The notes under the pieces: generated by a model
What the model saw: the letters and a program-made list of their open reading frames with translations, nothing else
What the model was told of the DNA's origin: nothing
Database searches by the model: none
Program-made: the position numbers and the translations under genes
In this document: in pieces, positions 9,642 to 18,059 of the stretch
Numbering within the stretch: the stretch's first letter is position 1
Layout: each line of letters starts with the position of its first letter
Assembly: GCA_004431415.1 (NCBI GenBank)
Contig: QPMI01000581.1
Coordinates: 36,021-100,020 of the forward strand
Length of the DNA: 64,000 nucleotides
Direction of reading: 5' to 3'
Source: Cyanophora paradoxa CCMP329
Lineage: Eukaryota > Plantae > Glaucophyta

Positions 9642-10356
9642 TCAATTGTTTAATTGGACATAATGCAACTCTGGGGTCATTTTTGATACAGTAAAAATCT
9701 CAACCGAATCTCATCGATTGTTTAATTGGACATAATGCAGTAACCATCTCTTCCAACAAAATACGCCGCAATCTCATCAATTGTTTAATTGGACATAATG
9801 CAGTAACCATCTCTTCCAACAAAATACGCCGCAATCTCATCGATTGTTTAATTGGACATAATGCAGTAACCATCTCTTCCAACAAAATACGCCGCAATCT
9901 CATCGATTGTTTAATTGGACATAAGGCAGTAACCATCTAATCCAACAAAATACGCCGCAATCTCAACGATTGTTTAATTGGACATAATGCAGTAACGAGT
10001 GAATTATTTTCATCCGATATTTCATCGATTGTTTAATTGGACATAATGCAGTAACGAGTGAATTATTTTCATCCGATATCTCATCGATTGTTTAATTGGA
10101 CATAATGCAGTAACAAGTGAATTATTTTCAACCGATATATCATCGATTGTTTAATTGGACATAATGCAGTAACCATCTCTTCCAACAAAATATGCTGCAA
10201 TCTCATCGATTGTTCAATTGGACATAATGCAGTAACGAGTGAATTATTTTCAACCGATATATCATCGATTGTTTAATTGGACATAATGCAGTAACGAGTG
10301 AATTATTTTCAACCGATATTTCATCGATTGTTCAATTGGACATAATGCAACTCTGT
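9642..10356. repeat. Tandem array of 12 cores (ATCGATTGTTTAATTGGACATAATGCA) with two recurring linker types (63- and 59-bp units)
   Basis: Read directly from the sequence. Linkers are CATCTCTTCCAACAAAATACGCCGCAATCTC or GAGTGAATTATTTTCA(T/A)CCGATAT.TC. Confidence 0.93.
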
Positions 10357-10499
10357 GTGAATTTTTGCGATTTCCGATAGAATGGGCGGTGGACTACTTC
10401 AATCGTGATTATATCAATCGTGATTATATCATAAATTTATGTTCCTTCAATCGAGATTATATCAAATTTGCATATTAATCGCGTTTATTACGTTAAAAT

Positions 10500-10795
10500 C
10501 ACACATAGAGAAACGCGGCGTTTAAACCGGAGGCAAGATCTAATTAAGATCCAGTTATATTATTCGGAAAATTATACAAATTCACGATTGATTTAAGTAA
10601 GACAAATCGAAATTAAGATAAATTTACCATAGAACATCAATAAATTATAAATGAAATACACAAAAATCAAAATATTTAAATAATTCGATAGATTTCACAC
10701 AGATTATCGATTGATTGATACAAAATATACGAGAGATATAAACAAGATCAATTAAGATACGCCGAGGGTTTAAACGCCGCGTTTCTCTATGTGTG
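10500..10795. repeat. Terminal stem of E1: 29-bp inverted arms around an AT-rich ~240-bp spacer
   Basis: CACACATAGAGAAACGCGGCGTTTAAACC (10500-10528) pairs with GGTTTAAACGCCGCGTTTCTCTATGTGTG (10767-10795). Confidence 0.9.
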
Positions 10796-11063
10796 TGCTG
10801 AGCTAATTGCTGATGCCTTCAAATGCTCTAACATGGATAAGGTTGCTGATCGCTATGTCCTTTCAGGATTGCCTTTCTGCCTTGATGGAGAAAAGGCGAT
10901 TCGAAATATTGCCCAGTCTGGTTATGTTGATTTAACAAATTCCTCCTCTTCATTCCTCACCCTCTACATGCCTTCAGATAAGGTAATCGATGTTAATGTT
11001 CGCGCTCTCATGCATAGCTTTATTATTGTCGACAAAGACGGATTAAGGCGTATCAATCTTTAG
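10796..11063 (+). pseudogene. C-terminal fragment of a double-jelly-roll major capsid protein, cut off by E1
   Basis: SGLPF..GEKAIRN..QSGYVDLTNSSSSFLTL...IIVDKDGLRRINL* aligns with the MCP C-termini at 34615, 44807 and 61539. Confidence 0.75.
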
Positions 11064-11174
11064 AGTCTACAGTGAAGATTGTATGTATTCATTGGAGTTT
11101 TCTGCAAAAAATGATTTCGTTTTATCTTCTTCTCATCATTTAAAGAGAAGTCATATTTAGAATATAAAAGCAAT

Positions 11175-12116
11175 ATGCTGCCTCTTACAACTTCAGATTT
11201 CATTGAGCGAAGCAAGGGTAAGTATGGAGACAAATTTGGGTATGAGAAAACAGAATACAAAAATGCAAAAACAGTTCTAACAGTTACCTGTAACACTTGC
11301 CAAAAAGATTTCACATCTTATCCTCACCACCATCTAAAGGGTAATGGAGGTTGTAAGAGTTGCAAAAGTGATCTCTACCATAACCTATTTGTAAAGCCAG
11401 TCGAGAAGTTCATAGAAGAAGCTCAAGTAATTCATGGTGACAAGTACGATTATTCACAGGTAAAGCAAAATTACAAAAATGCGAAAGTGAAGGTAGCAAT
11501 TACATGTAAGGGTTGTGGAAATGTGTTTCAGCAAGAGCCATATTCACATCTTAGAGGTCGAGGTTGTCGAAAATGTGGTCATCAGGAAAAGGGTGCAAAG
11601 CTGAGGAGCAATACTTTGGAATTCATCTCAAAAGCAAAGAGCATCCATGGAGACAAGTATGATTATAGTCAAGTTGAATATAAAAACAAGTTTAGCATTG
11701 TCAAATTGAAATGCAACATTTGCTTGAATGAATTCCAACAGGAAGCAAGAGTACATTTAATGGGAAGTGGCTGCATTGCTTGCAAAGCTTCTAAAGGAGA
11801 GAATGCAATTGCTTCCATCCTCAATAATATTGGCTTAGAGTACGAAAGAGAGTATTCCTTCAAGGACTGCAAGGCTCTAAGAGTTCTCCCTTTCGATTTC
11901 TATATGCCTGCATTGAAAATAGCTATTGAATATGATGGAAAACAACACTTTGAACCTGTTGAATACTTTGGAGGGGAACAGGATTTTGAGAAACGAAAAC
12001 TAAAAGATGCTATTAAAACTAGATACTGTGAAGCCAACAACATATTACTCCTAAGAATCCCATACACCGAAACCGATATTGAGGGCTGCATTAAACAATT
12101 CCTATCTAATCTGTAA
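11175..12116 (+). CDS. Putative free-standing homing endonuclease: 3 DUF723-like Zn repeats plus a PD-(D/E)XK (Vsr/DUF559-like) nuclease
   Basis: Repeats HGDKYDYSQV.Y...CxxC...H..G.GCxxC. C-terminal PFDFYMPALKIAIEYDGKQHF...KTRYC..NNI.LLRIPY. Confidence 0.8.
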   Translation: MLPLTTSDFIERSKGKYGDKFGYEKTEYKNAKTVLTVTCNTCQKDFTSYPHHHLKGNGGCKSCKSDLYHNLFVKPVEKFIEEAQVIHGDKYDYSQVKQNYKNAKVKVAITCKGCGNVFQQEPYSHLRGRGCRKCGHQEKGAKLRSNTLEFISKAKSIHGDKYDYSQVEYKNKFSIVKLKCNICLNEFQQEARVHLMGSGCIACKASKGENAIASILNNIGLEYEREYSFKDCKALRVLPFDFYMPALKIAIEYDGKQHFEPVEYFGGEQDFEKRKLKDAIKTRYCEANNILLLRIPYTETDIEGCIKQFLSNL

Positions 12117-12176
12117 AACCATAATCAGTAACATTTCATTATTTTTATCTGTCTTTATTTAGAAAGATATACAACA

Positions 12177-12866
12177 ATGAATGATTTGGATGAATTTGTG
12201 GCTGGTGAAATGATAGAACCACCTTTTAGAGTCCTAGCAATTGGTAAATCAGCAACTGGTAAATCAGAAGCTGTAAAGTATTGGCTAAAGCAGTTGCATG
12301 ATGCCAAAAAGATTGATGTTGTATTAGTTGTGAGTGGGACCAGCTTCAATCATTTCTGGGATAAAGTGGCAACACTGCAACTGGGAAAATGGGATGCCCC
12401 TTACATTGCTAAATTGCTAGATGAGAGGCAAGAGAAAATAGAAAAGGGTGAACCTGTTAACCAGTTATGTGTAGTTTTAGATGATTTAATCGATAATGAG
12501 ATAGTCGATCTCACAAGGGATAAAATAATCGGATCATTGTATTCCAGAGGTCGCCATTCGAAAATATCCATTATCTGCATCACACAAAAGCTAAGGAAAG
12601 TCTCTTCGACTATTCGAGTTAATTCGGACTATGCTATGTTTCTCAGTGCTGCAAATCGCAAAGAACTAGAAGCCATAGAGGAAGAATACAATATAATGCG
12701 AAATAAAGAGGATTTTTACAAGATGTTTGAAGAGTATGTTCACTCCTATCAGTATATCATTTGGTCCTCTGCAAACTACTCAGTTAAATACTATGTAGAT
12801 AAAGCTGAGCTTGTGAAAGATTTCCCATTTCCTCGCTTCCACAGGAAGCCAAAAAGAAGAGGATGA
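12177..12866 (+). CDS. A32/FtsK-HerA-like DNA packaging ATPase
   Basis: Walker A GKSATGKS, Walker B VVLDDL, RGRHSKISIICITQ motif. Confidence 0.9.
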   Translation: MNDLDEFVAGEMIEPPFRVLAIGKSATGKSEAVKYWLKQLHDAKKIDVVLVVSGTSFNHFWDKVATLQLGKWDAPYIAKLLDERQEKIEKGEPVNQLCVVLDDLIDNEIVDLTRDKIIGSLYSRGRHSKISIICITQKLRKVSSTIRVNSDYAMFLSAANRKELEAIEEEYNIMRNKEDFYKMFEEYVHSYQYIIWSSANYSVKYYVDKAELVKDFPFPRFHRKPKRRG

Positions 12867-12984
12867 ACTGAAACCACCAGAAAAAGAGGAAGCCCCAAAG
12901 AAGTGAAAAGCCAAGTCCATAGCAATAAATTGATGCGATATAAACGCGGTTTATAAAATTATCTCTCATTCTAATAAAGATACA

Positions 12985-13718
12985 ATGCCTCCCAAACGAA
13001 AGATAGGGATCCCAGCTGGGGCTGTTGGCTATTCAGGTGGTGGAAACAATGGATCCATTAACACTGAACCACTGAAGTTCAATGGTATGAATGAGGTGAA
13101 GCCCTCACAACAAGAAGAAGACCCTCTTAATGCTGCCTATGAGGAATCAGTCGATGACAAAGCCCACAGGCTTCAACCAGTGACCAACTCAACATCTCAC
13201 CAGAAGCCTCAAAAATGAAAGCTGTTGCTGAGGGTGCCAGGCGAATTATTGGGGCTGCTGATGATAAAGGTTTAGGCTTGCAAGATCTTTCACTGGCTCG
13301 CAAAGGTGAAGGTCTTAGTAAGGAATCAGACAAGGTTATTCAGTCTATGGCTGGTGAAGTCACATATAAGACTGCTCCCACTCAAAATATTCATCGAATT
13401 CCCAAGGCTCAATGGGATGAGATGACTGCTAAACTCAAAGATCTGGAAGCCAAATCAAGTGCCTTGGAGCAGTATGTTACTGAGAAGAAAGAGAGAGCCA
13501 AGCTAAAGGAGATGCTTCGAAAGGAAGTTTATAAAATGGGCATTACTGGTGTCCCAGATAAACAGTTTATTGCCAAGAAGGAGAACCAAATCGATGAGCA
13601 AGCAGTAGATGAAATGAAAACAAAGACCCAAAAGGGAACCATTGAGCCTGGTGCCACCAAAGCTGAAGTAGAAAAGGGAGTAGCCCCAACAGTATATAAA
13701 AGACGAGTTTGGCTTTAA
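12985..13718 (+). CDS. Basic/coiled-coil hypothetical protein (frameshift near 13215), homolog of 62441-63115
   Basis: KLKDLEAKSSALEQYVTEKKERAKLKEMLRKEVYKMG aligns with KVRNLEMKVANYEKWVQNYEERKSMKNLVKKEISKLG. Same position after the ATPase. Confidence 0.55.
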
Positions 13719-13740
13719 TTTTCTCTGTTTTATTAGAGAC

Positions 13741-14013
13741 ATGGATATAATACGAAAGTTTATTGAGATGCTCAGTCTGCATGTGGTCAGCAATTGCCAC
13801 AGTGGATGCTGTGACACAACAATAGAGTTTGAGATGTCAGATAATGAGGATAATGCCTCAGAAGCAAGAGAGAGAAGAAGATCAACAGTGTCTGTGGAGT
13901 CAATGCCAGCAGACCCCACAGAGTATACATATGAGCAACAGGAGTATCCAAGGAGAAGTTCTCTGCCAGCAGAAAACGTTTTCTCTGGGAATATAAATGG
14001 AGGACACTATTAG
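13741..14013 (+). CDS. Small CxxGCC protein
   Basis: IEMLSLHVVSNCHSGCCD. Homolog at 63313-63450. Confidence 0.55.
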   Translation: MDIIRKFIEMLSLHVVSNCHSGCCDTTIEFEMSDNEDNASEARERRRSTVSVESMPADPTEYTYEQQEYPRRSSLPAENVFSGNINGGHY

Positions 14014-14242
14014 TTTAATCGAGTTTACCAGTGATGAACCTGTTACTGAGGGGTCTATAAGACACATTCTGGCAATGCAGAAACGATATAGAGAGGACCC
14101 AGAATATAGAGAGTATAAAAAGCAGCAAGCCCTGGCATCCTATTATCGCAGAAAAGCCCAAAAAGAGGAGCAGAGACCCAGAGGGAGACCGATTAAATAT
14201 TATTTGCCTACTGATAGTAGCAATGGACCCCCAGGTCTATAA
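13997..14242 (+). CDS. Small basic protein with AT-hook-like RPRGRP
   Basis: Charged helix KRYREDPEYREYKKQQ followed by RPRGRP. Confidence 0.5.
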   Translation: MEDTISLIEFTSDEPVTEGSIRHILAMQKRYREDPEYREYKKQQALASYYRRKAQKEEQRPRGRPIKYYLPTDSSNGPPGL

Positions 14243-14617
14243 GATAATTGAGCAAAAGCGGTCTCAGTATGCCACTGAGGCAGCTATAAAAATATATACA
14301 AAGGAATTGGCTTTATACTTGCAATCAAGTCACAGATAAGTTTTGTAAATATGCTTTTGTTGTTTTTTGTTTGCATTCTCAGACACTGAAACAGTAATGT
14401 GAATGTTTACTGATCTATTTCTCTTTGGTTTAGCTGCATACATATTGTAACCTATCAATCTCTGTGACATTTCGATATATGCCCCTATATCTCCATGCTT
14501 TATGCATTTATCTAACTCAGTCATGGTCATCTCATCAAGAGTCTTTGCCATTTTGTCTTCACTATACACAATCAAGTAAGCCTTAAGTATTCTTGTCAAA
14601 TTTTGGTCATTTTCGAT

Positions 14618-14740
14618 AGGTGTGACAGGTGTGACAGGTGTGACAGGTCTATCCCATCGATTTTGAAAATCAACTTTTCACCAGGGCTTTCCTTGGGATG
14701 GACCTGTCACACCTGTCACACAAACCATTTTCAGTAAGGC
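14618..14740. repeat. GGTGTGACA iteron hairpin (candidate origin) just downstream of the primase-helicase gene
   Basis: Three GGTGTGACA/GTGACAGGT units, a ~51-bp loop, two inverted units, then TTTTCAGTAAGG. Confidence 0.85.
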
Positions 14741-14780
14741 TATAAAAATATATGTAAATCTCAATCATTAATCGTTTTCT

Positions 14781-17106
14781 TTAATATTCGGCATCATCTT
14801 CATTGTCTTCCTGAACCCTTGTTATCTTTCGAATCCCAATATATCCTCTGGCAAGAATACCATTAACTCGTTTTCTTTCTGATTTAACATTGAAGATCTC
14901 CCTTACTCTTTTCATAACAGATACACATTCAACTTTATCATCAACACTTTTGTATGATTTGTAAATGATATCACTGGAAACAAAGTCGTTAGCATTATGT
15001 GTAACCTCGAAATTATCTCGAAGCCATTCACCAATCTTATCATTTTCAGCTATAAAGTTAATTCCCTGTTCAATAATCGATTGAGGGGACTTCTTAAGAT
15101 CTCTTCAACCTCTTTGTTCTTCCACATATCCAGTAATATCTTCATGTGAGCCATCTTATACTCATCATCATTGTGTAGAAGTGTGAACAGAGTTGGGTCA
15201 GCTTTCTTTTGACCAGCTTCTGGCTTCTCTCTGAATATATTATTGAATCTCTGATAGGAAAGTCTTCTTTGAATTGCAAAGTCTGGTTTATTTATAGTCA
15301 AATTGTCATTAGTTGTAATGTAGACCTGAAACATTGGGTAAGGATAACTGGGTCTTTGAACAAGGCTCTCACAGTCATTTCATTTCCACCTGTGACCTCC
15401 TTAATCTTGGAGATCTGCAGTTTATCACCATCTTCAGCCTCATTACTGAATACAAGTCGCTTTCCAAGGAGTTTGGCAAGTTCAGGAGTAGCCTCTGATG
15501 AGTTCTTTTTAGGCTTAGTCCAATAGGATATTTCGAGAGGGCTGTAATAGCGACCAGATATCTGTTTGCAGTATTCCTGAACAAGTGATTTACCATTAGC
15601 ACCAGCACCAGTCCACATATAGAACTTCTGGGATTTAGTTGATCCACTAAGGGCAATTGCAATGGATGCCAGAAGATACTTTCGCTCTGCTGGATCATCC
15701 ACAATCTCTTTATAAATCTGATTGAGATGCTCTATTTTCTTGGGGTCTACATTCTCAGTAAAATCATAACCCACACTCTTGCTCACCATATCTTCCAGTT
15801 TACCCTTTCTGAAAGTCATAGTTGTCAGATCAAATACACCATTATCGAATCCAATTACATATGGAACTGTATCAATCTTTTCATAGAATTCATCATCATT
15901 TAGCAGAGGGAGCAGATCAGTCAGAAGGGATTTGCGATATCCTGATTGTTTAAGATTTTTGGCAATAGAAATTAATGTTTTTGATTTCTCTTCGAAAGCT
16001 GTTCTATTCTCTTCATCCTTCAAAGCTCTTTGGCTATAATGCACAGCCCTGCCAAGGTATTGAGGGACAACAAGGCAACTAATATCTAGGTAAATCTTTT
16101 GGTTTGTGTCATCATGCTCCCAAATCCCAGTATCAGTATTGAGTTTGAACCATGACTTTTTGGAGTATCTCCAAGTGTGTTGTAGGACCTCTTTGCACAC
16201 AAGACTGACATCATAATGAGCGCCTCCAGAGCCAGCGGATTTATCAATGAGATTGAAGATATCAGATTGCATTCCAATGAAGATAAATCGTTTTTTGCAA
16301 TTGCCACTGTAGCTGGACACAATATACTTTTTATCTTCCCCTTTGGCTTTCATAACATACCAGTTATTCGATTCATGTGACCCATTGCAGCATGGGCAAT
16401 TGAGTCCCTTATTAGCAGCATCAAAGTTAAAGCCCAGTTCAGTTTTAGAGATTATATTGGGATGCATAAAGCCCATATCCACCAGCTCTTTCATAATACT
16501 CTTTTCCAATTCATCATGTGAGGTAGCATTAGCAGTATACTCACTCTTATAGATATAGTTGTCTATAATCCACTTTTTGAACTCATCAGTAGGCTCATTG
16601 AAATCACAGGTATCATCCCATGGGGCAATCACCCAAGTCTTGTTCACACTAGGACAAACATTGATCAATCCAGAAGTTCCAGTTCCAGTGATTGTTTTCA
16701 GGTCAACCTTTTCAAAGCCTTTAAAGCCTGGAGCCTTATCGGTGATTTTGAGTTTATTGAACTCCTCAGGTCGTTTAAAGTAGACATGATAGCCTTTTTT
16801 AGTTTTTGCCATGGGTTGATTGGCATCAAAGTCATCAGGAAACATATCTCGGAATTTCTCAAAGTCCTCCTCATCATCAAAGTCAATAACCATCATGTTG
16901 TCTGAGAGCAGAATGCCCCAAGATACATACTGATTAGTTGCCAGCGCTTCCTCATACTTTTCCCAGGACCAAGCACCTCCCTTATGCTTGAAAACTGGGT
17001 CTTTGCTGTCAGGTTTCACTGGGATAATCATGTTTTTGGCAAGTTCCTCATCAGAACGAAGCCAGTTAGCGAGCGATTTAAGCGATTTAGTTTGTTTGGC
17101 GTTCAT
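14781..17106 (-). CDS. Bifunctional Prim-Pol fused to a D5-like SF3 helicase (two frameshifts near 15330 and 15085)
   Basis: MMVIDFDD and KTKKGYHVYF (Prim-Pol), CPCC..H Zn motif, D5_N (IGFDNGVFDL), Walker A GAGANGKS, KRLVFSNE. The C-terminal part continues in other frames to TAA at 14781. Confidence 0.88.
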
Positions 17107-17318
17107 TTTCAGCGATTGGGGGTCCCTTTTATATATATAGAAGATTTTTCTTTAAGTAGTTTTGGGTCCCCCAATCATTTTTTGTTGGAAATCGAGAAAG
17201 TATCCCTACGAAATTTATCCACATGATATATCGAGTGGTTCAGATACAAAAACGATAAAGTAGTATTTCAGCGAATAAACAGCATATCCCAGCCTAGTAA
17301 TATGCTGGGAAAAATAAT

Positions 17319-17573
17319 TTAGACATGTTTCAATTTTCTCCCTCGATTTGAGTAAGGGACATCATACAAATACTTGACAAAGCAGACTGCATTGGCTGCA
17401 TACTTTCGCTGACATGAACTTGCTATTTTCATGGCTCTATAAGTATCATCAGTGTTATATAGATCTCTAAGCTGTGTGGCTATTTTTTCGTTAAACTTTT
17501 TTATTTGAGCCTTACCTTTTTCAGTTTGCTGGTATCTCTTCATAGCTCTCTTCTGGGCTTCACTGAGTGGCAT
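17319..17573 (-). CDS. Small basic hypothetical protein, homolog of 37940-38197
   Basis: MP.SEAQKRA..RY..TEKG...NAVCFVKYLY.VPYSNRGRK is shared between the two copies. Confidence 0.7.
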   Translation of the reverse strand: MPLSEAQKRAMKRYQQTEKGKAQIKKFNEKIATQLRDLYNTDDTYRAMKIASSCQRKYAANAVCFVKYLYDVPYSNRGRKLKHV

Positions 17574-17629
17574 TTTTCCTCTGTCTCTCTTAATATATAT
17601 AGAGAATTCTTTAAATCATTTTTTGTTGC

Positions 17630-17947
17630 TCAGCTAAATGTAATTGTTTCAACATCACATGCATTGTAGTCCAGAATGTTGAACAAGGTGAACTCTGGAT
17701 ACTGTAATGTGTTTCTACAAAATGGGCATTTTGTATTCCCGACTATTTCCTCTTGCTGTTTCATACACCCTATACAGATTGTCTTGAAGCACTGATCACA
17801 CACAAACTGATCATAGCTAGTCTCATCACATTTACATAAACTGCATAGAATTCGTTTATACTCTGAGTTTTCACAGGTTTCATTTCTTTCTCTAATGGTT
17901 TTTACGATTGCTGGAATATTAAGCGTTCTTTGACTCTCTTGGTTCAT
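17630..17947 (-). CDS. RING-finger protein (putative E3 ligase)
   Basis: CSLC-x-CDQC-x4-CIGC-x-CPFCR. Likely start MNQESQ at 17947. Confidence 0.7.
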   Translation of the reverse strand: MNQESQRTLNIPAIVKTIRERNETCENSEYKRILCSLCKCDETSYDQFVCDQCFKTICIGCMKQQEEIVGNTKCPFCRNTLQYPEFTLFNILDYNACDVETITFS

Positions 17948-18059
17948 TCTTGCTATTTGGCTTCTATATATATACAATATAAAATTTCCTTTAAGTATTT
18001 TCGCGTTTGGACTATCCCCATTTAAAACCTCTCCTTTTATTAGGAACAAGTTAGGAACA

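Larger units (their letters stand above)
1..10795. mobile_element. E1: right part of a Polinton-like virus (fibre/spike cluster, AdoMetDC, sub-terminal repeats), inserted into the MCP gene of E2
   Basis: Virion-type genes are followed by a 1.6-kb non-coding repeat region. This ends in a 29-bp inverted-repeat arm (...CTCTATGTGTG) that abuts a headless MCP 3' fragment. The same end structure recurs at 24570. Confidence 0.7.

Noticed and set aside
9700-9936. ORF with a 21-aa repeat
   Set aside because: By-product of the 63-bp tandem unit. No coding evidence.
9642-10356. CRISPR array (about 30-bp repeat with about 30-bp spacers)
   Set aside because: The spacers are only two recurring sequences, there are no cas genes, and the context is a eukaryotic virus. 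It is a composite minisatellite.
10500-10795. Stand-alone MITE (also 24286-24570)
   Set aside because: No TSD at either copy, and the left flanks are element-like repeats while the right flanks are broken genes. This fits an element terminus better.
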